64,000 bases of DNA from Dicyema japonicum (GCA_011109175.1 RDEW01000021.1:383080-447079); one strand, 5' to 3'; shown: positions 25,020-38,971, counted from the first letter of the stretch. Made by a program: numbers and translations. Notes: generated by a model not told the origin, from the sequence alone.

Positions 25020-26520
25020 GATGGAGCAACAAAATTTTCCCAGCTGAGAGAATGGAATGACTGTTGACATTGGGTCACGTATAACTTCGTTTTAGCTAAG
25101 GGATCTTTGCATAGTGGAAATGATTTTTTTGATATTTTTTTGAATGAGTCGGAAAGTGGCAAGAGTGACTTGGTTCAGCGGTTTCATTTAAAATTGTAGA
25201 TTCCTCATGCATATATGGTTCTCCATTGGTAGAGTGGTTGATTCTGAGTGGAGAAGGTAAGAAGATGTGCATATTTCAGCCGATGATTGTCCGCAGAGCT
25301 CTATTTTTTAGAAGGGTAGAGGGTAAGGTGGTTGGTTAATTAACTATGTCTCCAAGGAGTCCAATTTTTTTTGGAGTCAAACCGATGCAGAAGAAATGAT
25401 CTTATCCCAAACCACGAGAACCAGATCATCTCATAAAACAGAACAAAGGTATCCTCCGTTTGGGATATGCAGCTCAAATGAAGATTGAATATATCGGCCG
25501 ACATGACAGAACCTTATAGAACTCTTTAGGAGGTAACGTGCACGAAATTTCTATAACGTCGCCAGAGTGCATCCCAGTCTGCGAGACAGAAAGCAGGTTA
25601 GCCAGCTCTCCATAATCGGAGGATTATTCAATGAAGTAATCTTATTGCATAGAATATGACGGGAGCTCCTATCAAAGGTTTTGATTGTCATAGAGGCCAG
25701 GACTGTTCTGATAGTATGTTTGTGTTCGTTGAAGCAATAAAGTGGGTTAACTTGGTCAGGCGGATGGACGTGGAATGCTTTAACCGAAAGTTGTGTTGTG
25801 ATTTGGCTAGATTTATGAATGAGTTCTTTTGATTCTCAGATCAATTATTTTCTGTCGATCAATTTTGATGGGGGAATGTTCGGTGACGGATGGGATCTCC
25901 GTTGCGGACTCTGTGGTTGTTGATTCCAGACGAGTGAGAAGTAGTGTGATGTTTTTCCCAATAGAAATACACTTTATGGTGTTCCAGAATACAGATGGTC
26001 TGGAGACTAACTCTTTCCACTCGACTTTATGCTCTGGAGGATATGGTACGAGATTGTCCGGCTTAGGCAAGATAGTCTGATACCGAGTTGGTGTCCCCGA
26101 TGTCACTCCTTTTGATAGCACGCCTCACTTTTATGAGATCGATGACCTCATTGCTGAAAAGTGCCTTTTCCCTAAGAATGCGCCCCTTGGGGGTGTATTT
26201 TCAGATTGGGGTAATTATGAAATTCTTTTGATCTTCATTGCCGGGTTATGGTCAGACGGAAAATTATAGACAACCGATCGGAACATTTGGAGCGAAATAT
26301 TTGGTGAGCAAGAGGATTTATGGTAACTNTGAGATCGATGACCTCATTGCTGAAAAGTGCCTTTGCCCTAAGAATGCGCCCCTTGGGGGTGTATTTTCAG
26401 ATTGGGGTAATTATGAATTTCTTTTGATCTTCATTGCCGGGTTATGGTCAGACGGAAAATTATAGACAACCTCGGTACATTTGGAGCGAAATATTTGGTG
26501 AGCAAGAGGATTTATGGTAG
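25020..26520 (+). CDS. Probable spliced protein-coding gene, unidentified
   Basis: Raised GC, short open segments separated by micro-intron-like GT-AG stretches (25257-25279, 25449-25472, 25790-25810), flanked by AT-rich DNA. I could not build a single clean frame. Confidence 0.3.
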
Positions 26521-27097
26521 CTAAATTATCTCCCCTATTTAGAGACTGTGACCGTTAATTACTGGAGCAAATGATGATGAAAGTATTGTTTCAAATGGGG
26601 GTTTCTCGTGTGAAGGGTGGTAATATCTTCTTAAGAGATTCCAACGGATATTATAGTTAGTACGAGCCCTACAAGTTTGCTCTGTCTGTCACGTCTAATT
26701 AACGAGTATCCTAACTTTTGTGTTGGGTTTCCTATCAAGAGATTGGAGTCTAAGCCTTGGACTCTTGCAGCAGTTAGATATCAGCATCATGTCTTTTGCG
26801 AGGTTCATCATGCCAATATAAAAAAAAGTTGGGTGAAGTAGCGACACTTACCAATTATCGCTACAATAAATCCTCTCGCGTCAGAAATTCAATGGGCAAA
26901 AATATTTTTTTTAACAAAAATTTTCGAATCCGCTAAATTGTCCTAAAAATTAATAATATTTGCGTTAATTTATTTATTTTGAATTTTTAATAATTCAAAT
27001 TATCTTGTAACGTGTGTCACCACAACTCAACCAATAATAGGTAGATAAAAAACAAAAATAGTAAAGAATTACAACGGAATAAAGAACAAAGTAATAA

Positions 27098-27826
27098 TTA
27101 CGCAACCTCTCCCTCCATTTCGAAGTACTGGAGACTGTAGGTAATATTGTCACTCGATATCACTCTCAAATAATCCCTGACCTGATTCTTCTTCAAGAAT
27201 TTCTTCACGTAGTACTTCAGTGCCCTCTTGTGGAGTCTTTTCAGAGTCTCCACGGAAACGACGGAGACTGTAGGTAATATTGTCACTCGATATCACTCTC
27301 AAATAATCCCTGACCTGATTCTTCTTCAAGAACTTCTTTACGTAGTACTTCAGTGCCCTCTTGTGGAGTCTTTTCAGAGTCTCCACGGAAACGACGGAGC
27401 TCTTGCAAACGATAGAGACAAGGTTCGCAATATTTCCGCATTTTCCATCAATTTTGAGTCTGTTTTTCAAATATACCACCAAATCCTCAGGATTTATAAT
27501 TTTATCTTCGGCGGCTGCAGTACAGTCAATTTTATAGGATTTTGTCTTTTTTCTGTTGTCAACTGGATGAACCCGTTTAAAACTTGGCTTCCTCGCTACT
27601 TTCCTTCCTCGTGACGAAGTCTACGAAGAGTAATAAATTCTTTACAAACCATGCAAATCCTCAGGATTTATAATTTTATCTTCGGCGGCTGCAGTACAGT
27701 CAATTTTATAGGATTTTGTCTTTTTTCTGTTGTCAACTGGATGAACCCGTTTAAAACTTGGCTTCCTCGCTACTTTCCTTCCTCGTGACGAAGTCTACGA
27801 AGAGTAATAAATTCTTTACAAACCAT
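27098..27826 (-). CDS. RPL22: 60S ribosomal protein L22 (two internal blocks duplicated in the assembly)
   Basis: KIDCTAAAEDKIINPEDLVVYLKNRLKIDGKCGN and KRALKYYVKKFLKKNQVRDYLRVISSDNITYSLQYF match eL22; 29-nt intron directly after the ATG; ATG at 27826 (duplicate at 27652). Confidence 0.92.
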
Positions 27827-27999
27827 GCACAACAGAACACGTGTTGTCAAATTTAATTCATATTAAAATTTTAAAATTAAATAAATATTATTAATAATCA
27901 ATATAATAATAAATAATTTACGGGATCCGTCATTTTTGAAGATTTCGAAAAACTTGGAATCTTCTCTTCCAACCGGTATTTTCAAATCGCTTTACGGTT

Positions 28000-29265
28000 A
28001 TCAACAATTCGAATAAGATGATAACTCCTACGTAATGATCCTCATAGCAAATTCCCCAAGGTTCTCAGATTTTCGGGGATGACGTATAGAATTGGGTATC
28101 ATCTGTGAACAGTGCATAGTATATTATGATCCTAATGTAGTGTATCAGCCAACCAAATGGATCAAAATAATCCCACACTAATGAGCTGTTTAAAGTTATC
28201 CCTACTTTCGGAATGTTCCCCCATAGCTTGGCGAAATATGAGGCGTATCTGATCGACCATCTACTTTCATCATCTTCTAACGTGATATTTTTTTATAACA
28301 AAATTTATAAATCTCTTAATGCAACATCTATCTCCTAAAAATTTATAGAGTCCCTTCCCCCTAAGTCATCTAATGATATCTTACTTTTCTAACATCATTT
28401 CAATTTTATCCCCCAAAATTAAAATTCCCATGTTTTAACCGGTCCACTAATTTGACTACTATCCTTTTAACACACCGAAAGGACGTGAACACAAATGATT
28501 TGGCATGAAAACGAGACTACCTCCATATAACGCAATGGTTAAGCCTGTCTGTTATACAACGCTAGTACCTGGGCTTGCTCATAGGCAGACTCAAAAACTG
28601 AACATTGTCCTGTCGAATGTCCTTCGAATATCAAACAGAAACGTTTATGATAGGACGAGGAGTTCGATAATCTCGAATAAGAACAAGGAAGCTCAATGAA
28701 TGCTCTTTTGACATTTATTGAGAAAAGACCTGGAAGTCATGAATGATTTCTTCTCAGGTGTTCCCCTATTCCATGTACGAATATGGACCATATTGGTCCT
28801 AAGCGGGCTTTCAGCGTTTGTGAATCACGTCCAACTGTTTCGTGCTGCTTGTATCATCTGAGTAGAAGAATAATAAGGAATCTGTCCTCGTCTGTTGGTA
28901 TATACTGAAGGAGTAAGTAGTAAATATCGGGAACTCCGTTTATATTTATTTAGAACTCCAGGATCATCGAGAAAGAAAGTCAGGATAAACGTTAGACCGT
29001 TAGGTAATTCCAGTTCTCGCAATCAATCGAGTCATCCAACGTCTGTGGTCTCCCATTATTCCCACTACCTTAGGAAATAGTCTTCTCTCATAGTTAGTTA
29101 GTTAAAAGCTCCTTCGCGTAGCCCTAAAAGGGTTTCGCTTGAGCGATCCTCCTCGCGATCCTCGCCCACGCCATCTTGTTTCTGGCCCTCATTCGAACAT
29201 CATCCAACTCGTCTGCTGTCACCAATATACGACCGATTGTCTCTTAATCATCTTTTAAGCAAATT
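28000..29265. mobile_element. Mosaic of degraded LINE/RTE fragments
   Basis: Minus LFTDDTQFY (~28100-28130); plus RLPPYNAMVKPV (RTE-like, 28510-28560); family-B tail on minus at ~28940-29010; RTE-like end ELDDVRMRARNKMAWARI with (AACT)n tail on minus at 29085-29265. Confidence 0.55.
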
Positions 29266-29529
29266 GGAAGTGTATTTCTTTTTAAGCAAATTGGAAGAAG
29301 CAATTGGAATCCGTGACTTTAGGCGTAGTAAAATTATTCTTCCATTATTCTGTTACACAGAGTAGTCGAGTCCAGTCTAAGAATATGTTTCTTTTTAAGC
29401 AAATTGGAAGAAGCAATTGGAATCCGTGACTTTAGGCGTAGTAAAAATATTCTTCCATTATTCTGTTACACGGAGTAGTCGAGTCCAGTCTAAGAATATG
29501 TCCAAATAGATCCTTCTCTCATAATTTAA

Positions 29530-29760
29530 ATTTATTTATTAACCCCGGATACACCGAGAAAGAAGTCAAAATAAACAACTAATTAAGTGTATCCAGTTTC
29601 CACTTCTACAGAAACAGAGTCCATCCGGAATCAACTTGCAGTTGTGGAAACATCTCCTGTGGAATGGGGAAGAGCAAATGATCCTTTTTCGTGCAAGCCT
29701 GGCACTGGGCGCCACCTAGACAGGTGGATCACATGACGCCACTCCAATAGAAAGAGAGGA
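29530..29760 (-). mobile_element. LINE 3' fragment (family B) with a perfect 8-bp terminal stem
   Basis: GGATACAC (29594-29587) and GTGTATCC (29554-29547), then GGGGTTAATAAATAAA. Confidence 0.7.
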
Positions 29761-29799
29761 GGAACAGACGAACAAACAGAAACTTCAACCACATTATTT

Positions 29800-31150
29800 A
29801 TTTATTTATTATTAACCCAAAAACACCAATAGTTGATCTCTTGAAATTAATTAGGTGATCCCGACAATCCTGATGAGCTTTCTCATCTTCTCCCGATGTT
29901 GAACTTTTGACCCAGCACAATAACGGTACGAGCGGGAAACAGTGTTCGTGAGAAGACCAATTGGGGCGATGTGCTTCTGGAAACTGCTTGACACAGGACG
30001 GTCTGTCGACGACAGGTCCTACTGGAGGGTTAAGGTTAAGAAACTCTTGCCGTTTTGCTTGATAAAATGGTCAAAAGAACTGGATAGAATATTGTTTAGC
30101 TTTATAGTAGTCGCAGCTCGACATTGGGTGTTATCAACTTTAAGACGGTTGCTCTACGAGAGATTAATTCCCCATGCTGCACAGGCATAACTGATAGTCG
30201 GCTCGATGAATTGCTTATAGAGAATACCGAGAGCAGGGAATGGCTTTTTTATTCCACCAAATATGGTTTTGATTAAACCAATTTTCCTCTGACAAGTTCC
30301 AATGGTCTTCTCAATATGGGCAGAAAAACACATGTGGGTATCAAAAGTGACCCCCAGAATTTTAAGGTTCTTCGTAAAAAGGATTCTTTCGTTGTCCAGG
30401 AATAGATCCACGGTACATCTTCTGAGCCTTTTGTCCGAAGTAAATAGAGTGGTGGAAGACTTTCCGGGAGATGTGTTCATCCGGTTTTGGTGTAACCAAG
30501 TTTGAATTTGTAACAAGAGTTCTTGTACTTTTTTGAAGCATTCGTGAGGTCTTGATCACGTGAAATAATGAGTATGTCATCAGCATAGACGAGAATTATC
30601 GAGTCTTCCATAACNGGAATAGATCCATGGTACATCTTCCGAGCCTTTTGTCCGAGGTAAATAGAGTGGTGGAAGATTTTCCGGGAAATATGTTCATCCG
30701 GTTTTGGTGCAGCCAAGTTTGAATTTGTAACAAGAGTTCTTGTACTTTTTTGAAGCATTCGTGAGGTCTTGATCACGTGAAATAATGAGTAGGTCATCAG
30801 CATAGGCGAAAATTATCGAGTCTTCCATAACTGGGTTGGGAATGTCGGAAAGGTATAAGTTGAACAGGGCAGGAGACAGGGGGAGCCTTGGGGAACTCCA
30901 TTTGGAAGTAATCTTAAGACTGATCGGATTCCATCCAAGCATACACGCCCTCTCGTTCCGCTGAGAAAATTTGAGAGCCATATTTTTATGTTGGATAGTC
31001 TAAATATTTTTTGAGTAAAGATTTTTCTGGATATAGAATCGAAGGCCTTTTGTAGGTCGAGAGAGCACAAAACAGATGTTAGATGTGGTTTTGTAGAAAA
31101 ACCTTCAATAATGAACTGGTACAAAGAGGTGAGGTGTGTTGATGTATACC
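29800..31150 (-). mobile_element. APE-LINE RT to 3' end (family C)
   Basis: LDLQKAFDSIS, GVPQGSP, YADD, KILGVTFD, YKQFIEPTISYACAAWG, end HREKMRKLIRIVGIT*, (TAAA)n tail. Confidence 0.9.
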
Positions 31151-31273
31151 GGTTTTCCTGAAATTAATTATTTAATTGATTATTTAATTAATTTTAATAA
31201 TATTAATAATTAATATAACGTTTTGAATAAAATAATAATTATCTAGATATTTCCACGTTCTGGTGTAGCTTGA

Positions 31274-32510
31274 ATGGTTAAGGAAACTAAGTTCTATGAA
31301 ATTCTGGGTGTAGAACCTGGATGTACTGAAACAGAACTGAAGAAGAGTTACAGAAAACTCGCCCTAAAATACCATCCTGATAAAAATCCAGAGGGTGGTG
31401 AGAAGGTGACCAAAATATAACATTTTTTAGTTCAAGGAAATATCTCACGCCTACGAAGTCCTCAGTAACCCGGAGAAACGAGAGATCTACGACAAATACG
31501 GCGAGGACGGAATAAAAGGCGGAGGATCTTCTGGCGCCTACGGAAATCCCATGGATATTTTTAATATGTTCTTCAGTGGAGGGAAGACTGACCCAAGAAC
31601 GTACACTTTTAGCTCATTTTCAGGCAACAGAACATTGTCCACGTGCTGTCAGTGACGTTGGAGGAGCTCTACAACGGAAAAACAAGGAATCTGCAGCTTC
31701 CACGGAAGGTAATCTGTACCGAATGTGATGGTTTGTCTATGCGTTTAATAATCGATAGGAATGGGTGGCAAGAAGGTTGAGAGCTGCTCAGTATGTAAAG
31801 GAAGTGGGGTACAGACTCAGACAGTACAAGTTTCCGCTGGATTCTACCAGCAATTCCAGCGAAAATGTGGGGAATGTGACGGAACAGGAGAATTCATAGC
31901 CCAGAGGTGCAAACGCTGTTCGGGATCGAAGATTACGATTGTGAAGGAGATTGTGAGGGTCCACATAGAACCCGGGACCAAGTCTAATAAGCAGATTGTG
32001 TTTGCTAACAAGGGTAACCACACCAACCGAAATGTGGAGGCCGGAGACTTGGTGATTGAGTTGGACCCGAAAGAACACAACCAGTTCATAAGGAAAGGAT
32101 CTGACCTCATTATGAAGGTTGAACTTAGTCTGGCGGAAGCCTTATGTGGGTTCACAAGGATGATTACCACCTTGGATGGACGAAAGCTGTATATTGAAAA
32201 CAAACCCGGGAACGTGATTACGCATGAGTCCAACAGGTCGATCCCTGGTGAAGGGATGCCAATTAAAGGGACCAGTGGGGAGATGAAGGGACAGTTGATT
32301 ATTATATTTTCTGTTAATTTCCCTCAAAAGGAGTTATCTCAGGATGTTCAGAAGAAAATTGGGAATATACTGAAGTCAAGGGTCGATTATGGGAATTTTG
32401 ATAGTTCAGTGCCTGTGCTTAATGCTGAAAATTATGAACATTCATCCAATAGACAGAGACGACGTGTACACCATGGTCAGGGGGAAGCTGTGGAATGTTC
32501 TAGTCAATAA
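31274..32510 (+). CDS. DNAJA1: DnaJ subfamily A co-chaperone (DNAJA1/2-like)
   Basis: J domain with HPD (KYHPDKNP), G/F region, four CxxCxGxG/K zinc motifs, C-terminal CAAX (CSSQ*). Introns 31406-31430, 31601-31623 and 31731-31758 give one frame. Confidence 0.93.
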
Positions 32511-33349
32511 TTTATATTTTCTTTATTATGGTTTTGTTTTATTTTGATTCCTCTTTATTGATTTGGAAGTATTCTGTCATGGATACAGATTGATTGGATA
32601 ATTGAGTGTGGTTTTTACAGGATTGCACACATCTACGGTGTTTCTTGATTTGACGAGTTCCCCCGGTATGGGTAGCTAAAATAAAAAATTCTGAGAACAT
32701 GTCTTGGCCCCTTTCTAGGCTCTTTTGCATAATTACTTTTTTACTCAAAAATAAAGTGTCTCCTGTACATGGTGGTTATGAATATTCTGGCTTTCGTGAA
32801 GGGTTTTGTCGGTGATGTCATTTGTTCTTTCTTGTGTCTTCAGTCAAATCGAACACTTCAGTAAACAATAGAAACAAATCAGGCTCCGTTACTAAGAGAC
32901 AGTGAGCATTGCCACGGACATTGGCGATTCTATTTCGCTGAGAAAACCATATCCGTTCAGGTCATTCGACTACGGATGTGCCGTTTTCAACCGACGGAGA
33001 CTTTTCCATAATGAAGAAGAGGAGGAATAGATTTTCTAAAAAGATGGTGTTCGAATCCATAACTGTTTAGGTTTTATTGAAGTCGTAATTCGCCTGTTGA
33101 CGGATGTTCAGCAAATTGTGATATTGATTCATCAGTAAGAATTACCTCATATTTCATAATAAATATAATTAGTAGAAAGGCATGAGGTTGCTTAAGACAA
33201 TAAATATTAACGAATCTCACATTTTGGGAGAACAAGTAAGTTTCCTGTTCTACTCATGGATGGAATACCCATTCTAAAGAAAATGGGTCCCATGCTCATG
33301 GCTTAACATAAATATTTAACTTGTCCACCAATCGGAACTCCATCACTAA

Positions 33350-34170
33350 GGATTCTTTTCACAAACCAACAACCCTCATCTGTCTTAGAGAATCCATATC
33401 GCCGTTTTCCAACACGGATTAAAGAAGGAACCCTCTACTCCAACCTGCCTCACTACTCTAGCTCGATTCATGTCGGAGAGCCTACAATGCAAACTGGGGG
33501 ATCAAAGAACCATAATATGCTCTATCGACATACAAAGGGGGTTTGACGCAATCCAAAGGCAATTAATTACTAGGAAAATCTTTTATTGTCTAAAGTTCCT
33601 ACCCATGAACGTGTCACAAGGATCTCCTTATCGTCTGCCCTTTTTAATTTGTTTTTACACGACCTACCACCAAACTCCAAAGACAAGTCAACATGATAAT
33701 CGCGGTCAGAGATAAGTGTGTTTACAGAGCCACCGGACAATTGCAAGATCTCCCCAATCTCCTAAGCAGATGGTTGAACACAAATTTTTCTGTGAAGAAA
33801 AATCTTACACTAAAATCTACCTCTGATAGAAGATTGACCTTCTCTACCTCAGGTCTTGAATGGGGGACGAATTCCCCGAAGGAACATAATATATTGGGCG
33901 TCATATTTGACTCCCCATGACCTTCTACAACACGTGTGCAACGTATTGTCCTCTAACCAATGAAAACACATAAAAGTGCTCTTAGGATAATATAGGAGTC
34001 TTTCTTAAACTTCCTAAATACTCGGTAAATTGAACCAACAGTCATCTACGGCTTTGTCTCCTTGGAAACGACCTCGCTAAACTCACTCAAAAAATAGAAG
34101 CTATCCTATCTTCTGCAAATGAAACTCTTAAGAAGTTCTTTCTCTCTTTGGTAGACCATGCATTCTCCTA
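33350..34170 (+). mobile_element. Degraded APE-LINE RT fragment
   Basis: FQHGL, IDIQRGFDAI, VSQGSP, NILGVIFD. Confidence 0.7.
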
Positions 34171-34173
34171 GAG

Positions 34174-34190
34174 CAGTGGTTCTTTACCTT
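34174..34190. mobile_element. hAT terminal inverted repeat
   Basis: CAGTGGTTCTTTACC preceded by TCCTAGAG, close to the NTCTAGAN target consensus of Charlie/Buster hATs. Confidence 0.5.
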
Positions 34191-34559
34191 TTTTAAGTCA
34201 TCGCCCCCTTTTGATACAATTTTGAAGCTTCAAAATTTCAGCACCTCCTTAAAATTTAATTTTTTTCAATTGCTGATTTATTTGGCCATGAAGAAACCTG
34301 AAACCCCTAAACAAGAATGAAATAGCATAAAAGTTAAGCGAAATTGAAAAGGAACTTCTTTAGAATGTTGAAAACGAAGAGAATGTCGTTTTTTACATCT
34401 ATTAGAAGATTTAATAAAAATATTAGAAATATAAAAAAGAAGTAAATGGGAATTGAATTTTATTTTGATATAATTTAATATTTAATTTTTGTAAAGTAAA
34501 ACAATCAAGACAAAGAACTCCTGGAGCATGTACTAGAAAAAGCACCAGATATACTTGAG

Positions 34560-35295
34560 AAATGGTTTCTCACCGTGAGCAAGGAAAAAACAGAACGGAC
34601 AGAAATAAGACGAATGAACAACTCACTCAAAGAAAAATGGAGACACATAAAGAAACTTGGCTCTCTACTAGGAGATAGCGATGACATCATACGGAGAAAA
34701 ACATTGGCAAATGCGGCATTACGAAGGCTGAGAAATCTTTGGCTAAAACGGAAAGGATATAACATAAAACAAAAGATTATGTTATACGACACTTTCATCA
34801 AACCAATTCTACTATACAACTCTGGACCTGGGACACCTCTAAAGAGGAATTGGAGAGGCTAGACTCATTTCACAGGAATCATCTAAGAAACATAACTGGA
34901 ATGTCCTGGACATCCAAGATCTCGCGGAATGGACTGTACAATAAGTGTGACTGTATACCATTAAGCCACGAGATCATTAGCTCTCGTTGGAGACTTTTTG
35001 GACATGTCCTGAAGTTGGACCCGATATCCCCTCCGAATATCGCAATGGAAGATTACTACTCCTCTAATGTAAAACGCTTTCGTGGAAGACCGAGAACTAC
35101 CCTCCTGGTCGTTCTACAAAACGATCTGAAAGCTGTGAAGAAAACATTGGCATCTGGTGACGATCTGGACTCACTGAGGGACCTAGCAAAGAACAGAAGA
35201 GCTTGGAGCAACCTAACTAATTCTCTTATATTTTTTGCTGCACATGCGGGGCTATAAATATTATGGCTCTCGTGAAAGTGCTAATAATAATATAA
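34560..35295 (+). mobile_element. RTE-clade LINE 3' region
   Basis: KKLGSLLG, LYDTFIKPILLYNSG, RWRLFGHVL, RGRPRTT, AKNRRAW; (TAA)n tail at ~35281-35295. Confidence 0.88.
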
Positions 35296-35789
35296 CAATC
35301 AATGATGTAATTAAATTAACACAGCCAACCATCCAAAGTGGTCCCCGCCGACATTATCGATGTCGTTGCCTCTCACGATTGCAACAAAGATCAACTGGAG
35401 AAGCCAACGGGTCTCACGTGCGTCGTGGTAATATAACAATCAATGATGTAATTAAATTAACACAGCCAACCATCCAAAGTGGTCCCCGCCGACATTATCG
35501 ATGTCGTTGCCTCTCACGATTGCAACAAAGATCAACTGGAGAAGCCAACGGGTCTCACGTGCGTCGTGGCTTTTTAACGTAGCTAAGCGTCCAAGTTCCT
35601 TTAGGAAGCAAAGTGATTTTAAACTTTTTTAAATACATTTTTTTTCGTAATAATATCAAATTTAGTTATTATCATCGATGAGAAGTTTAAAATTATTGAT
35701 TTAATTCTGAAATTTAACAATTCCCAAATTTGCGGCAAAAAATGCTGGAACCAAAAATGGCAAATTTGAAAGAGTTTACTGTATATGCT

Positions 35790-36560
35790 AAAAACCCACG
35801 ATGAACTTCAACCATAGCAGGTGAAGGAGATTCAACCATAGCCCCATCTGTAGAACAAGCAATAATTTTCTAAGGGGTATTTCATGTCTAAAAAATATTG
35901 TTCGACGGTTTTAAAAATTGTTAAGCTTTTTGTATCGAGTTGAAGTGTTCAGAAAATAAAAATTCTTCATGAAAGACATCACTTTGATTGATACAACGTA
36001 CGTAAATTAATAAGTGCAACACTATCATCACATGTTGCTTCATCAATCTGAATTGAAAAATTAGTTGATCTTAACAATGAGCATAAGGTTTCTTCAATAT
36101 CAAATGCTATTTCAATTCTGGAGGAACGGAACTATTGCTGAGAGGAATTGCTAAAATTATTTGATCAGAATCACAATCAAACATTATATCAAGTATTTCT
36201 TTGACAGCTCGTAATATTATGGACTCTCCAATAGTATGATGTTCTGATTTTGCTATCAATTTTGTATGATGCTAATAGGCTTTTTTCAAGTATTTTCGAT
36301 TTTTTTGTAAATACTCCAATAGTATGATGTTCTGATTTTGCTATCAATTTTGTATCATGCTAATAGGCTTTTTTCAAGCATCTTCGATTTTTTTGTAAAT
36401 ATTTGATTAATCATAAGACGATTTGCATAATTATATTTCAGATTATAAAAATAATTAACATTTTCATCAAGTTTCTCAGGATGAAAAATCTTAAGATGAT
36501 TTGACATTTGTGAGGGCTTCATTCCTTCACTTGTAAAGACCTTCTACACATAGGAAGTAA
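35790..36560 (-). mobile_element. hAT (ZBED5/Buster-like) transposase relic
   Basis: Minus-strand FSIQIDEAT and IIACSTDGA...PAMV (hAT catalytic D motifs), with stops. Confidence 0.7.
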
Positions 36561-36599
36561 TTTTTTGTGCTCGTAGGGTATCACTCCAAACTTTAAGTA

Positions 36600-37560
36600 T
36601 TCATCCGAATCTTTGAGGAAGCCGACTGCGTGGATCGCGACGAGTTCCATCGGAGAATGGCCATTCCAATCTTTTGTCCCAGCAATAACCCTTCTTGTTG
36701 ATCCCTTTTCTTTCTGGCAAGCATTCCCTCGAGTTCGCGCAAGAACTCAGCCGTCATTGGACCAACGGCTCCCGATGACTCGACCGCAAGAAGAGTAAAT
36801 CGATACCGGTCCCCGATGTAAGTATGTTTCTTAATTTTTAGGGGTTCCGCGGTCGAAGCAGCTGCCCCAGGTGTCTGAACCGATTTAAAATAAGATTCGT
36901 GCTTGAATATGTGTCAACACAAGTTGCGTCCCAGACCAAAGATCTTCCGGATGTGTAAGGGAAAAGGGTCATCCCGTCAGGTCTCTTTCCATCTCCTCGA
37001 TCGAGACTCACTAGTTCAAGCTGTGATGGGAAACCTGTAGCCTTCAGAGCTCTGACGATCACATCGTTCAGAGCAGCGTGACGTGGTCCTCTTCCGGCGC
37101 TTCTTCTGCAAGACAGCGGATGCAATCCCTTCGCATCGGCGCTCCTGGCAAACGTCTAGTCCTAGCCCTTGTCCGATTCCAATCCTCAAAGAATCGTCGT
37201 CCAAAAGAGTCCCTAGGTTCGAGCAAGGTATTGCACCAAGCCATGTTTCACTCCCTCCACTTGAAGCTGACACCAAACAAGCCAGACGATGTTGATTTGC
37301 TTCTTTTTTAAAGTCTTCCAAAAATTTTGGAGCAGATAATGTTATCCCAATTACTTTGCTTCGTTGTGTCTTCGAGGATTTTGAGTCCGGACCCATTCCA
37401 TTTGGTAACCGGTGAATTTACCAGCGATGAATTTACCTAGAACCGTGATGAAACCTCTAGGAATTGATGAAGGCAAAGAGAGACTATTTCATTCCCTGGC
37501 GACGAATTCTGGCATCGACCTCAGCTTTCTGGACAAGTTCTCTGGATCATTGCGACTAGT
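36600..37560 (-). mobile_element. CRE-like RLE non-LTR retroelement 3' region
   Basis: [75 protein letters not shown] (CCHC knuckle plus PD-D/E nuclease). Confidence 0.9.
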
Positions 37561-38223
37561 TGAGGGTTCTACTAAAACGCGTCATGATCACGGAAATAGT
37601 TAGTTTGAATTTACCCTTTGTTAGTTAATTAAATTCACTCCCGCGTTGCCCATAAGCATATGGATACTTAAGATTCCATTTGTGGCGTGCTCTTCATTAT
37701 CTGTTCTACCAGTTTTCACCATGTAACTTTCCCCCTCGCACGTCTTTGCAGTTCATAGAGGAATCCATGAATAAGGGCTCCTGTTTAGTGTTCGAAGCGA
37801 GTCCTGTAATAATATCCGTAGAGGACCATTAGTCGACAACCATTCAGATGAGTTCCGCCTGAACGACACTTACTTCAAGTCCGAACATGCGAAGACTGCT
37901 AAGGGAGATGGGATCACTTTTAAATAATTTAAGTTACTAATTAATTTATTAATTATTTTATTTATATAATAAAATTGTTGTTACCATATAAAATTATAAN
38001 TAGTGTTCGAAGCGAGTCCTGTAATTATATCCAAAGAGGACCATTAGTCAACAACCATCCAGAGGAGTTCCCCCTGAACGACACTTACTTCAAGTCCGAA
38101 CATGCGAAGACTAGTAAGGGAGATGAGATCACCTTTAAATAATTAAGTTATTAATTATTTTATTTATTTATATAATAAAATTGTTGTTACCATATAAAAT
38201 TATAATAATAATATAAAGTTGCT

Positions 38224-38971
38224 ATGACAGACGAACCCTACTACTGTTCACAACAAATTAAAATTCCGCCTGATTTTCCGGACATTTTGAAGGAGTTCAC
38301 GAAGGCGGCCATAGTCACTCAACCTAAGGATTTGCTTAGATGGTCTGCTGCGTATTCTACAATCATAATTTTTAGGTACTTTAAGGCAAAATCATGTGGA
38401 AAAGTTCCCCCCGTTAAAGATCGAATTGAGTCATTCGTTGCCACACAAAAGACAGACACTGGGCTCACAATCGGGATGATAAAAGTACTCCACAAAGAAG
38501 TTGGCTTGAACTTATTATCAGCTCTCAGAGGAGAAATATTCACAATTGGACGAAATCCTAGAAAAATGGTTGGACTTGGCCATTCCAAAACAGCAATTTT
38601 ATGACATTGTACGAATCGGGAACTTTGAAGAGAACGTGGAATGGCTTCAGTTCGTCGCCTTGTGTACTTCAGCGGTCTCATATGTACTTATAATCGTAAA
38701 CTCTAGGATTTACGAACTACTTTGAAGAACGTGTGTAAGATTTTGACCAAATCGGAGGACGGATCAGGTGAGTTTATCCCATTTGACACGTGGATATATC
38801 TATACAAATATTTAGCCACCACAGACACGTCAATAAACCCTAATAGCATCGAGAAAGTTGTCGAATTTATGAGTTATTACGCGTAAGTAATGGTATGAGC
38901 TCAGTAATAAACAAGGGGGGTATGTTCAGCCGTCCAATTTTTACAGAAAGGATTGTCCTTCTTTAATTTAG
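38224..38971 (+). CDS. ROPN1L: Ropporin-1-like (RIIa D/D domain; radial spoke RSP11 family)
   Basis: YCSQQIKIPPDFPDILKEFTKAAIVTQPKDLLRWSAA|YF...KTDTGLT...VEWLQFVAL; four 22-24 nt introns (e.g. 38352-38375, 38500-38521); TAG at 38969-38971. Confidence 0.9.

Noticed and set aside
26033-26054. GGYGTRL nucleotidyltransferase-like motif (and GKSDLVQRF P-loop-like motif at ~25155-25180)
   Set aside because: Isolated short matches with no supporting downstream motifs.
29870-29900. CTGATGAG hammerhead-like start
   Set aside because: It is the antisense of LINE coding sequence (RKLIRIV), with no stem II or GAAA.
32540-33156. Possible gene convergent with DNAJA
   Set aside because: No consistent spliced frame or recognisable family could be built.
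36560-36620. Spliced-leader RNA or other conserved target gene at CRE insertion sites
   Set aside because: No shared flanking sequence or SL/Sm-site pattern among the five CRE copies.
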